Assembly (NCBI GenBank): GCA_002189035.1
Contig: CM007991.1
Location: 3,782,001-3,846,000, forward strand
Direction: 5' to 3'
Source of the DNA: Utricularia gibba
Lineage: Eukaryota > Plantae > Magnoliophyta
DNA: 64,000 nucleotides
Part shown: positions 1 through 12,520 of the stretch, one piece after another
Numbering within the stretch: the first letter of the stretch is position 1
Layout: each line of letters starts with the position of its first letter
Made by a program: the position numbers and the translations under genes
Notes under the pieces: model-generated
Seen by the model: the letters and a program-made list of their open reading frames with translations, nothing else
What the model was told of the DNA's origin: nothing
Databases searched by the model: none

Positions 1-246
1 ACTGTGGATTGGGTCCATCACAAAAAAGAGGGCTCTTTTTCCGTTTTCCAGTCTCCACCAACGGCTGTTACTGATTGGCAACTTGGGCGTGGGCGGCTGT
101 CTTCTTCTTCCTCCACGTGCCCACGTCCCGGATATTTTGATTGCGGTGGAACCCAAACGGACCCGTTTCTCCTTCCCTCCATAACATCTTCCATAATTGC
201 CTCCCCGGAAAACATTCAACGGCGGGCGGGCCCTATGAGACGACCG

Positions 247-826
247 TGAATTTCTTTCTTTTTCTTGAGAGGGGCCGACTTTAAATTTCCTAATTTTTGG
301 GGGACCATCATGAATTTCAACACATTGTTCTATTTTAATTTTTTAAAGATAAATTTTTTAAAAATATTTAATGGAGTAATAATTCATTCAAATCAATCAT
401 CAAATACACTTAATTATTTACATTATATTTATTTGTTATATCATAAATTAATTTAAACTATAAATATTTAATTTCAATAGAATATTAGTCACTCTTTTGA
501 TTTCAAATAACTTAAAGTATGACATATGATATGATCTTATTATTTTAATTTTTAATTACGTCTCTTATATAAAAACTTTATGATCAATTTCAAATCTGTT
601 TTTTGGATCCATTCAGGGTGTAAGTTGCACCATCCTTCAATACACAATCAATTATGAATTTCTTTCTTTTTATGGAAGGGGCCAATTTTCAATTTCCTTA
701 ATTTATTGGGGCAATCATGAATTTAAACATACATACTTTATTTTTCAATTATCAGTTTCTTTCTTTTTCTAAGAGAGACGGACTCTGAATTTCCTTATTT
801 TAGAGGGGGGAGTCATGAATTCAATA
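247..826. repeat. Three degenerate direct copies of a ~72 bp unit (about 247-321, 655-728, 756-826)
   Basis: Each copy reads TTTCTTTCTTTTT...GAGGGGCC/GAGACGG...AATTTCCT...GGGG..TCATGAATT. Aligned by eye. Confidence 0.7.
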
Positions 827-1710
827 CTATACATTATTTTAATAACAATCACCATCAAGTCGATTATTTATTGAAGCCATGTTTGGAAAAATCAATTCAA
901 AATTGATTTAATAAATTAAAAATTCTAATAAAATAATATTTGATATATATTTGGAATTTCGTTTTTTAAAAATAATTATTATACAATTCATTATATTTGG
1001 AATATAAAAAATAAGAAATGATTTTTATAAATAAATGACATATTTGTCCATACTTATTAATAATTATATTTTGTATAAACAAATTCTTATTTTAATACTG
1101 AAAATCAATGGTTCTTATATTGCCAATTAAAAATTTATAGAATCCTACCTCAAATAAGTTGAATAAAATTTTGATTAAAAATATAAATTAATATTTTTTC
1201 AAATGATATTAATTGTAATTTTTTATTAATAAATGGATGTAATATTAAATTCATTTATCAAAATCAATTCTTAAAAAATAATTCTACATCAGAAACTATT
1301 CATCCATAATTCTCATATAATTGAATTATTTCTAAAAAAATCAATTTCTCTAAGAGAATCAGAAATCTTTTAACGATACAATCAATTCTATAAGAACATG
1401 AATTATTTTAATAGAATAAAATTGAGCCCAAAATTATATTTTTTAAAGTTTGGGTTTTTGTACAGTATTTATTTCCAATAATATTATATATTTATTAAAA
1501 TAAAATATTCTTTGCATTTCCCGTCTCCTTCCTCGAGACGATCTGGAAGAAGAACAAGTCCCCTTCCCTCAAGTACACGTGTTTGAATCCGGCGACGCGG
1601 ATTGTGGTAGATTTTTCTTCTGAGAAGTCTGTGATCCACAAATGTATATATATGTGTCTAATCTCTGCATCTTCACTCCATGATTATAGTTGCTGCAAAG
1701 TCTCATATCC

Positions 1711-2457
1711 ATGGCCGTCATCAGCTCACAGTTCTGCGTCGGAACCCCGGTGACTCTTACCATCGTCCCGAGGTTGTTCACTTCCGATGAAGTCGTCGAC
1801 GTTGACGGAAGGATTGTGTTCAAGATCAACGCCGTGCCCTTCAACTTACACTCTCAGCACACGCTGCTTGATGCCGGCGGGAACCCCATCGTCACCTTTA
1901 ACCGGAAGGTAGAGCCAGATCAGCTTCTTCTACTGTAAATCGGGAGACGAGACCCCTTTTATGTAAATAAAGTGATCTTGTTTGTTCCCAGCTGTCGTCT
2001 AGTCATGGGCGATGGAGGGTTTACAGAGGCCAGAGCACTGACGACAGGGATCTGATCTTCACCGTGACGGATCCAACTTTCTTCCAGACAAATACGAAGC
2101 GTGAGGTTTACTTGGCTGGGAACGCTGCCGAAGTGTGCAGCGACTTCAGTATCAAAAGGCACTGGTTCCACGGCACCTCCGTCGTGTACGCCGGCGACTC
2201 CTACGACACGATAATCGCCCAAGTGAGCTTCCGGACCACTGAAACCCTTTTCATCATTTCTCTAACAGGATACGTCGGCCTACAATCCCCTGTGCCCACC
2301 ACCCAATGGACTTACTTTCGCATATCTTAACGTGCGGATCCTGATGCAGACGCGCAAGGGTTTTCTCAGCAGCAGATATGAAGTCACCGTGAACCCCGAC
2401 GTGGATTACGCCTTCGTTGTAACCCTCGTCTTCATAATCGCAGAAGTCGACGCGTGA
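1711..2457 (+). CDS. LURP-one-like (LOR/Tub_2 domain) protein, copy 1, 178 aa, 3 exons (1711-1908, 1992-2222, 2350-2457)
   Basis: The spliced GT-AG model is open: MAVISSQFC...TLLDAGGNPIVTFNRK/LSSSHGRWRVYRG...SVVYAGDSYDTIIAQ/TRK...VTVNPDVDYAFVVTL. It matches the LURP1-family pattern (W.V.RG.ST, VYAGDS.TIIA, VTV..NVDYAF). Confidence 0.9.
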
Positions 2458-3414
2458 GACAGCTGTTCTCTCATTCATCTTCTTCATTAGTCAAGTATTC
2501 TCAATATGTTGTTTTTGTGGTTATGATGCAGACAAACGAGCTGAGGAAGACGCCGCCGGGAGCCCTGACCTCCGCCCGTACGCCATTTATCCCGCCGCCT
2601 GACATTCTTCCGCTCCAGACTCCTCGGCTTGTAATATGTGTTGTGTTTTTAACTATACCTTGAAATTCATTTTAATAAAATATAAAAGTCTATTTCACAT
2701 TTGCAATTTAATTAATTTTATCATATAAAACCAGCACCTTAACCTTTAAAATAAATATAAATTAAAAAAAAATCATATTTTAAAAATTAATTAGAAAAAT
2801 ACTTATCTTCTCTTTTTCTTTCAAAAAAATTACATATTGTATACCATATTTATTAAATTAATGAATAAAAATATAAACTTTAGTATATAGTGAATAAGGT
2901 AGAGTATTGTAGAAAAATGACAATCTCTATATTTTCTTTCATACACTAAGAATAAATTTTTATATATAAAATAGTTATTTTTCTCACACTCTTAAAATAT
3001 AATGATCTTTTTTATAATACATTCCCGACTATACATCTTTCTTTTTGAAGGGAAAAAGATATCATAAAGTCAATACCCCAATGCATAGAAAATCTCAAAA
3101 TAGTTTGAAGTTACCTCTTCATCAAGAGCATCATTCACATCTACAATGTTCCCTTCCGTCAAGTAGTATTATATATTTATTAAAATAAAACGTAATCACG
3201 TAGCTGAATCCGGCGCCGCGGATTCTGGTAGACTTCTTCTTTACCAGATCATATTCTCAAATCTCTATGTATATTGTTATAATACATAATACAAGTGAAA
3301 TAGTCTAATATATAAAAAACTATATATTACAAGTAATAGATTAATACTAATTTTTTCTATTATGATCCGTGTTTATTATGTAATTGCACCGACCCATATG
3401 ATCCCGAATTTCAA

Positions 3415-3431
3415 CATATATATATATATAT
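3415..3431. repeat. (AT)n microsatellite in the putative leader intron of LURP copy 2
   Basis: ATATATATATATATAT run. Confidence 0.85.
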
Positions 3432-3488
3432 GCGTCTAACCTCTCCAACTTCAGTTCATTGTTGTAGGTGCTGCTAAGTATCATATTT

Positions 3489-4247
3489 ATGGCCGTTATC
3501 AGTTCACAGTTCTGCGCCGGAACGCCGTTGACTCTCACCGTTATCCCGAGGATCTGGACTTCCGATGAAGTCGTTGACGTCAACGGAAGAATCGTGTTCA
3601 AGATCAAAGAGCAGCCCTTCAGCTTCCGCTCCCAGCACACGCTGCTTGATGCCGGCGGAAACCCCATCGTCACCTTTAACCGGAAGGTAGAGCCAGATAA
3701 GCTCCTTCCACTGTAAATCGGGAGACGAGACCCCTCTCTATGTAAATGAAGTGATCTTGTTTGCTCCAGCTGTCGTCTAGTCGGGGGCGATGGAGGGTTT
3801 ACAGAGGCGAGAGCACTGACGATAGGGATCTGATCTTCACCGTGCTGGATCCAACTTTCTTCCAGACAAATACGAAGCGCAACGTGTACATGGCTGGGAA
3901 CACTGCTGAAAATTGCAGCGACTTCAAAATCAAAACGCACTGGTTCCACGGCACCTCCGTCGTGTACGCCGGAGATTCTTATGACAGGATAATAGCCCAC
4001 GTAAGCTTTGAGACCTACAAACCCCTGATTCCTCCTCTACTATTAATTTCATTTTTCTAACACGATACCTACATCCCTGCTGCCTGCACCACCCAACTCA
4101 TTGACTTTTGCAGATTCTAACATACCGATCCTGATGCAGACGCGTAAGTTCTTTCTTAGGAGCAGATATGAAGTCACCGTGTACCCCAACGTGGATTGCG
4201 CCTTCGTTGTAACCCTCGTCTCCATCGTCGAAGAAGTCAACGCGTGA
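3489..4247 (+). CDS. LURP-one-like protein, copy 2 (exons 3489-3686, 3770-4000, 4140-4247)
   Basis: Same exon lengths as copy 1 (198/231/108 nt), canonical splice sites, open frame. Confidence 0.9.
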
Positions 4248-4779
4248 GATAGCTGTTTTCTCATTCATCTTCTTTATTAGTGAGGTATTCTAAATCCGGT
4301 GGTTTTGTGGTTTTGGTGCAGACGGAGGAGACGGAGGAGCTGAGAGGGCGGCGCTAGGATCCCCGACCGGCGCCATTCATTCCGTCGTCTCATATTCTTG
4401 TCCTCTGGACTGCTAATAATATATTCATTATTTGTAATTGTAATCGCCAGTGTAAAATATAATTTTTTATAATTTTGAAATTAAAAGAGTCAAATAGGTG
4501 CCGATTCTACTATGTGTATGTCTCATTTAATTTTTTTACGAAAATTGAAAATTATTTGTTTTTTTCCACCTAACACAACCGGTTCAACCGTTGATTTAAT
4601 TATTCATTATTTAACTCTGATATCAAATTGCATAATCTACACTAGTTTTTACAATATTGTTCACTTCAAACACTTAACCCCCTCTTATAGTTTTATGTTC
4701 TCTTATTACTAGAAAAATATTTCCTACAAGATTAAAAGAGTATCTATGTATATTTTTTAATTTTAAAATATTTTTATTT

Positions 4780-6291
4780 TAATTATCCAATACACCATTT
4801 TGCAAATATTTTATATAAATTTGATTATTAAGGTTTTTGTAAACCATTTGATAATCATTAAATAATATTTAACACTAAACGATATATTCATATTTTTTAA
4901 ATTATTATTTACTATAGTCATATTGAAGATCGATCAAATTAAAATATATTATCAAGTTAGTAAGGAAACAATCATTATGAATTCCTGAAAACTAAATGGC
5001 GAAAATGTGATAGAAACAACATCAATAATACGATAACATTCCCCAACAGCAATCATGATAAAAGTTTAATCCACCACCATGCCATACACCAACTTATGAA
5101 TGCCGCTAGAACATAGATTATTGTATGTAATACCCCTGAATCACAAATTTCTCGTATGTGTCCATACCCTTACACATGGTACACGGTTGACTCCTGCCCT
5201 ACCGAGCGCTCATGATTGCCGGTCCTGGCCGCCTTCTTAGTACCAAGGCTAGGGGCATTTACACATTAAGTCTATTTTTTTCAACATAAGATGATTACTT
5301 TCATCACATAGTTAAATTATAGTGAATATTTTCCAAATTAACTCGACTCCTCGCAAGATCTACTCAAGGATCGCTACGTGTGCAGGAGAGGTGTTATGGT
5401 GAGTATCATGCAGACATACACATGTTTTTAGTCCATCTCAAATACCTACGACATTGGAATTGTGTCACTAATGATGTAACATCCAGGATGCAGGTTGCTG
5501 ATCGTGGGAAATGGAGGGTTTACATAATTCTGTTATGTAAATTATGATATATAGTAATATAAATTGTTTATACAAATATTTTTTATTTATATTTTTATGA
5601 ATATTAAAACACAAATCTATCCATCACATTGGGTTAATTAATCTGATAATGGTAAAATATAATATTTCTTTTTTATTTTTAAAACAGTTTATTTTGATTA
5701 TCTAATACAGCATTTTAGAAATATTTTATATGAGTTTGATATATTAATTTTTTTATAAAAAATATTTAATAAATTATTATTTTTTAAAATAATATTCATA
5801 TATTTTAATCATTTATTTATTATAGTTATATTCAATATCGATCAAATTAAAATATTTTATCAAATAAGCCAATAGCAAAAATGTTATTGAAACAATTCTA
5901 GGACATTCTCAACATCAATCATGATAAAAGTTGAAGCCCGCACAAGTGCCATGCACGAACTTATGAATTAAATTGTATCAGAAGTAAAAGTAATATACTT
6001 CTTATTTTTCTAAAATAATTTTCGTAGTATAATTTTAAAAATATTTTTTTTGATAAAAATTACTTTTACGATTGATAGTACTTTAGAATATTATTTTTTA
6101 TTTTTTAGGGTTTAAAAATTTTCCAAGACATTGTTATAGACTATTATATGTAATATTGATGAGACATGCATTTTCGGTATGTGTCCATGCCCTTACACAT
6201 GGTACATGGTTGGCTCGTATCCTATCGAGCACTCACATATATGTTCCTAATAATGACCTAACGTATGGGGTACACGTTGCGGGTCTTTACA
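4780..6291. repeat. Diverged direct duplication inside the LURP copy 2-3 spacer (about 4780-5263 vs 5695-6291)
   Basis: Co-linear shared blocks: ATCGATCAAATTAAAATA, CAATCATGATAAAAGTT, AACTTATGAAT, GTATGTGTCCAT.CCCTTACACATGGTACA.GGTTG.CTC. Confidence 0.75.
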
Positions 6292-6661
6292 ATTGTAGGA
6301 GTCTTGGCTCCCGGATGAAATAAAAAAAATTAATAACGAATATTGAAAAATAACGTAATATACTACACTTTGATCTACCCTATGTCACGATATTGACCAT
6401 CAGCAAAAATTTTAATAACGTATGGATGCACACTATCGCGCATACCTTTATTCTCAGATGCAGCATTTTCCGTCTCCTTCCTAGCGAGTCCGCTTTCCGT
6501 CAAGTACACGTAATCACGTAGTTGAATCCGGCGACGCGGATTCTGGTAGAGTTGTCTTCTTCTTTAAAAGAGGATATTCCACAAATATGTGTGTTTATCT
6601 ATATTCGTCTAAGCTCTGCATCTTCAGTTCATCGTTTTAGGTGCTGCGAAGTCTCATATTT

Positions 6662-7418
6662 ATGGCCGTTATCAGTTCACAGTTCTGCGTCGGAACGCCG
6701 TTGACCCTTACCGTTATACCGAGGGTCTGGGCTTCCGATGAAGTCGTTGACGTCGACGGAAGAATCGTGTTCAAGATTAAAGAGCAGCCCTTCAGCTTAC
6801 GCTCCCAGCACACGCTACTTGATGCCGGCGGGAACCCCATCGTCACCTTTAACCGGAAGGTAGAGCTAGATCCGCTTCTTGTATTGTAAATCGGGAGACC
6901 ACCCCTGTTCATGTAGATAAAGTGATCTTGTTTGTTCCCAGCTGTCGTCTAGTCGGGGGCGATGGAGGGTTTACAGAGGCGAGAGCACTGACGACAGGGA
7001 TCTGATCTTCACCGTGCTGGATCCAACTTTCTGCCAGACAAATAAGAAGCGTAACGTGTACTTGGCTGGGAACGCCGCCGAAAATTTCAGCGACTTCAAA
7101 ATCAAAACGCACTGGTTCCATGGCACCTACGCCGTGTACGCCGGCGACTCTTACGACACGAAAATCGCCCAAGTAAGCTGAGACCTCCCAAACCCTGATT
7201 CCTCCTCCACTATTAATTTCGTTTTTCTAACACGATACCTACATCCCTTCTGCCTGCACCACCCAACTCACTGACTTTTTGCAAATTCTAACGCACGGAT
7301 TCCGATGCAGACGCGCAAGTTGTTGCTTAGCAGAAGATACGAAGTCACCGTGAACCCCGACGTGGATTACGCCTTCGTCGTAACCCTCGTCTTCATAATC
7401 GCAGAAGTCGACAAGTAA
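6662..7418 (+). CDS. LURP-one-like protein, copy 3 (exons 6662-6859, 6942-7172, 7311-7418)
   Basis: Exon lengths 198/231/108 nt, open frame, ends ...AEVDK*. Confidence 0.9.
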
Positions 7419-8651
7419 GACAACTGTTCTCTCATTCATCTTCTTTATTGGTAAAGTATTATTCTAAATACGGTGGTTTTGGTGCAGACGATTGGAGGAG
7501 GAGAGAAGGCGCGGCTAGGTTCCCCGACCGGTCGCCATTCATTCCGTCCGTCGTCTCAGGTTCTTGTCCTCTGGACTACTCGGTGTGTAGTAATATATTC
7601 ATTATTTGTAATTATAATCTCCACAGTTTAAAATAATAGTTCTTACATGCAATACAGAATTTGTTTACAATAGTCAAAGAGGGTCGGATTCTACTTTGTG
7701 TATGTCTCAATTTATTTTTTAAACCTCTTTTATTTTTCGGGAAAAATAACTCATGATTTATACAACAATTTAACCACCATAAAAATATTAAGAAAGGAAA
7801 TCAACAGCTGTGTTTTAAATCGACAAAAAACTGTGAACTACTTCTTCAAAAGTTAGTAATTTGACCGGTGGAATCGTAATTGAAATCATGATTTAGTCAT
7901 CCATTTTTTTAGCTTTGGTATCAAATGTAATAATTGATGTTCGTTTTGTATCAATCTTCACAGTTTTACGTTCTCTTATTCAAAAAAAATATTTCGTATA
8001 AGATGATTAACTAGTACATATATGTCAGTCTCATATGATTATATTACTCATATATTTATTTTTTGATTATATGAGTTGGTTTACACAAATAAAATGTAGT
8101 GCGAGGAACTAATCATATGTATATTATTCACATACTCATATTACTATTTTTGAATATCAAATATTATATATAATTGAGTATATACATATCAAACTATATT
8201 ATACTTAATTGATATAGTTTTGAAATCATAAAAGGTTGTTTCAAAACTTTTGAAATTATACAAGAAATCATGAAACAAAAGTTTTGAAATATGTATCTAG
8301 ACAAGTTAAAAGGTTGTTTTACAAATCACAAAAAAATATGTGTAATAGGTGATGTAACACTTTTTAGGCTTTAGGGTTTTAGTGCGATGACTATTATTTT
8401 AGGGTTTAAGGTTTTTGAGCATTATTATATATCTTATTAAAATAAAATACTTGCAGCCATTTCTTCTCCTTCGTTGCAAGTCCCTTCCGTCAAGTACACG
8501 TCATCACGTAGTTGAATCCGGCGACGCGGATTCTGGTAGAGTTGTCTTCTTCTTTAAAAGAGGATATTCCACAAATATGTGTGTTTATCTATACGCGTCT
8601 AAGCTCTGCATCTTCAGTTCATCGTTTTAGGTGCTGCGAAGTCTCATATTT

Positions 8652-9394
8652 ATGGCCGTCATCGGTTCACAGTTCTGCGTCGGAACGCCGTTGACTCTTA
8701 CCGTTATCCCGAGGGTCTGGACTCCCGATGAAGTCGTTGACGTTAACGGAAAAATCGTGTTCAAGATCAAAGCCAAGCCCTTGAGCTTACGCGCCCAGCA
8801 CACGCTGCTTGACGCCGACGGAGCCTGATCGTCACATTTAACACGAAGGTAGACCCAGATCAGCTTCATCTACTGTAAATCGGGAGACGAGACTCCTGTT
8901 TATGTAAATAAAGTGATCTTGTTTGTTCCCAGCTGTCGTCTTGTGGTGGGCTGTGGAGGGTTTACAGAGGCGAGAGCACTGACGATAAGGATCTGATCTT
9001 CACCGTGGGGGATCCAACTTGCTGCCAGACAAATACGAAGCATAACGTGTACTTGGCCGGGAACGCTTCTGAAACTTGCAGCGACTTCAAAATCAAAAGG
9101 CACTGGTTCTACGGCACCTCCGTCGTGTACGCCGGCGATTCTTACGACACGATAATAGCCCAAGTAAGGTTTGAGACCACCCAAACCCTGGTTCCGCCTC
9201 CACCATTGATATCATTTTTCTAACACGACATCTACATCCCTAATGCCTAGACCTCCCCACTCATTGACTTTTGCATATATTTGCAGACGCGCAAGTGGTT
9301 TTTTCGCTGCAGATATGAAGTCACCGTGAACCCCGACGTGGATTACGCCTTCGTGGTAACCCTCGTCTCCATCGTCGAAGAAGTCAACGCGTGA
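8652..9394 (+). pseudogene. LURP-one-like copy 4 with a 1-bp deletion in exon 1 (pseudogene or assembly error)
   Basis: Exon 1 (8652-8848) is 197 nt versus 198 in the paralogs, giving TGA at 8826-8828. Adding one G at 8820-8821 restores DGSLIVTFNTK. Exons 2 (8933-9163) and 3 (9287-9394) are intact. Confidence 0.8.
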
Positions 9395-11683
9395 GATAGC
9401 TGTTCTCTCATTCATCTTCTTTTATTGATGAAGTATTTTAAATACGGTGATTTTGTGGTTCCGGTGCAGACTGAGGAGATGGAGTATGTTAGCCAATACC
9501 AGTCAATACCAGTAATTAATGCTAATGACCTTTGGCCTTCTGCGATGAGTTAGGCGCCCCGACAGGCGCCATTCATTCCGTCGTCTCAGATTCTTATGGT
9601 CGGGGACTGCTCGGCTAGTACATTATTTGTAATTATAGAATTTGTAAAAATAAATCTTCAATTGATTTTAATTAATTTTTAAATGTTGATAAAATGAAAA
9701 TTGAGATATGTTTGTAATTTTTTTATAATGAGTATTCGAAAATGTATCATATTTGGAGTGTAAAAAATAGGAATTGATTTTTCGTAATTAAATGATATAT
9801 TTAATCATATTTATTAATAATTATATTTTATATATAATTTGTATTATAAATAAATTTTATGATTTTTAATTATAATTAAAAAAATAAAAGTAATTAAATT
9901 ATTTAAAATAATATTAATTATAACTATTTATAAAAAATAGGTATAATTGTAATTTCAATCTAAAAATACTTAAGAAAAATTAATTTTCATAGAGAAACTA
10001 ATATTTCAGATTTTTTATAGAATAGAAATGATTTTCGTACAATAGAATCTCCACATTGTAAAATAAAAAATTTTAATACGAAAAACAAAATTTCTTTTAA
10101 AAAGTCTAAGAGGGGCCGCTATGCTACCCCACTGACCATCAATAGCAAATTTAATAACGCATGAATGCACACTATCGCACTTACTGTTTTTCACTTCACG
10201 TACAAAATTTACCTCGCTTGGAGACCAGTAAAAATCGCGGTTGCAGGAATTGCAGGGAATTGAGAGTAATAAGTTGCGGTAAAAAAAACAAAACCCGGTA
10301 AGAAGAGGATAAAAAAAAAGTGATGAGTGGTGGCCCGGTAAGTCAGGGCATGGCGGTGGGGGTGACCGGTGCAGCGCAGCACGCTTCCACGTACACCCCA
10401 ACAGTAACTCCCTGCTGTAACACAGGCGGGCTCGACCCGACCCGACCCGACCCGACGGGTAAATATTATAGGCAGAATGGTTGAAACTTATGTCATTATA
10501 TTTTTTAATAGGTTGATTTATGGATTCGAACTATTTAAACTCGATGTATATGCATCAATTTATCGACTCGACTCATACTTGTTTTCTACAAATACGAATC
10601 ATAAAATAGATCAGAATCCACCAAATGTATCATTATACGCGGTCACCTCTACACTCTAACATATTAGATAGTAGTTATTAGTATAATGCATTAAATTATA
10701 AATTAATGCGATTTATTAAGTTTTAATATGTAAATTATATGTTATGTTATTTTTAAAATTTTTAATAAAATGGAAACTGAGAGAGTTATTTTATTTTTTT
10801 CCAATTTTTTATTTAATATATATTGAATATTTTACCTATGAAACAAACAAAACATATAAAGAAATTAAATACTTCCATAAACCAAGACAAATGATTGAGG
10901 CTTTTAATGTGTTTGAAGTGAAAAAAGGAAAAGTATTTCCATGCTGATGTCACTGAAGTCAACTTTGATGACGTCATGATTTGACTCAGTCTACGCGGTA
11001 ATTTAGATGTTTTACCAAGGGAAACTAGAAATTACGGCGGCCGGCCATAATGGGGATGAGAGATACGGTGACGCTGTTCAAAATTCGTATTCCATTCCGA
11101 AACGAGTTTGGTCTCCAGTTTTCGTATGAACAGAAGAGAGTGACGTGCACGTGAACCCCAGAAGTGAGGATCAGATGAGATCTGAAATCCCTTACTCTGT
11201 GTTTCACTCCTCCTGCAACCCTACAGCCACACGATTCCGATGTCTGGACCACACCGCGCACGTCCGACGTCTTGCTAGAGCGGTTTACGAGATGGGTCAT
11301 CTGAAAAACCAGTCGGAAATGGAGAATGTTATGCTGTAAGCAGCTGGATTGAAAGAATGGAGGGTTTTGTGAATCTGGTGCGCTGTGCGAGTTTTCTGTG
11401 TTGCTGGAGACAAGAAGGGCGGGTGGGGGAGAGGAGAAGAGGACAAAAATGGAGGGAGGGAGGAGGAATGGGTGGTGGGAGAAGTAGGCGTGGCGTGGGA
11501 GACAATAGACAAGACTTATCGACCTTTATTTCTTTCTTCCTCATCAGTCGCTTTATGGACTCTGTGCTGCTGAGGTTTCTTTCCAACATTCAAAATCTAA
11601 AGCCCGCCCGCCCGCCACCTTCTCTCTCTTTTGTCTCCTGTGTTCTTCCTCTCCAATAATTAATTCCAGTCTCATTTTTCGAT

Positions 11684-12520
11684 ATGAATGTCGCTTCTCC
11701 TGCATCTGATAGGAAATGGGTACCCAGGATTCTGAGGTGTTTTGGTGTTGTTCCTCCGGGGGGGTTTAGAATTGGGGGCGACACGAGTAGGCAAATCCCA
11801 CGTGGGTTCAACACGGCAAATGAGACGGATTCCGTCGTGTCGTCGGAGCCGGGGATTGTTGCTCGGTTGATGGGGTTGGAGACTCTTCCCTCGACGGAGA
11901 AGATTCAGATTCGATCTGGGTCTATGAAGTTGAGTGTCCTCTGCGATTACCAGGAGCTTCAGGATGACGACTTCTTCATTCTCAGCTTCGAGCATATGGA
12001 CAAGCTGAAGAGGAGGAGGGGAGTGAAGAAGGAAGTCTCTGATCCGGGTTCCGAGTTCAGGAGCAAGAAAACTAGGAAACACGAGGAAGAGGCGGAGAAT
12101 TCGAGCCCCAGCTCAGTCCTCGAATTCTCCGATCAACAACCAGGTTTGCAGAATGTAACCACTGTCGTTCATCATTCGGCCATCGTTCTCACAGCTACTT
12201 CAAAATCAGGTGAATTCTCGAGGCTGATGAATTCCAAAATGCGGAGGACGCTTTCCGATGAACTCGACAGCTGCGGAAGTTCGGTTGAGAGGACCCCATC
12301 GCCGGCGGGAGCCGGAGGGAAGAAAGTGGGGTTAACCGGGCGAAACAGGGGCCTGTTCTCTGCCGTTGAATGGGACGAAGTGGGAGCATTGGCAGCCGCA
12401 GAGACGGTGTCGGCGTCGCATCGGGATCATGCGCAGGGCATCGGCGCCGAGATCTCGTCGGCAATCCTGGATCTACTCGTGAATGAAGTGTTGATAGCCT
12501 TGGCTCCCCCTCAGAATTAG
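11684..12520 (+). CDS. VARLMGL-motif (DUF3741-associated, TRM/LONGIFOLIA-related) protein
   Basis: 278-aa ORF with GIVARLMGLETLP, SPSSVLE and a C-terminal IGAEISSAILDLLVNEV helix. Possible 66-nt in-frame intron at 12144-12209. Confidence 0.75.
   Translation: MNVASPASDRKWVPRILRCFGVVPPGGFRIGGDTSRQIPRGFNTANETDSVVSSEPGIVARLMGLETLPSTEKIQIRSGSMKLSVLCDYQELQDDDFFILSFEHMDKLKRRRGVKKEVSDPGSEFRSKKTRKHEEEAENSSPSSVLEFSDQQPGLQNVTTVVHHSAIVLTATSKSGEFSRLMNSKMRRTLSDELDSCGSSVERTPSPAGAGGKKVGLTGRNRGLFSAVEWDEVGALAAAETVSASHRDHAQGIGAEISSAILDLLVNEVLIALAPPQN

Larger units (their letters stand above)
1585..8533 (+). promoter_or_regulatory. Conserved GAATCCG-N6-CGGATTC inverted repeat upstream of all four LURP copies (1585-1604, 3206-3225, 6524-6543, 8514-8533)
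   Basis: Seen in all copies (one mismatch in copy 1). Preceded by ACGT cores (CACGTG at 1576-1581) and followed by TG|GTAG, a likely 5'UTR intron donor. Confidence 0.6.

Noticed and set aside
5474-5523. 50-bp TGTAAC...GGGTTTACA segment sharing ATGGAGGGTTTACA with LURP exon 2
   Set aside because: The match is only 14 bp with no further alignment. It cannot be distinguished from chance or a tiny TE scrap.
8372-8410. TTTAGGG-like telomeric words
   Set aside because: Only two or three scattered, degenerate copies; not an interstitial telomeric array.
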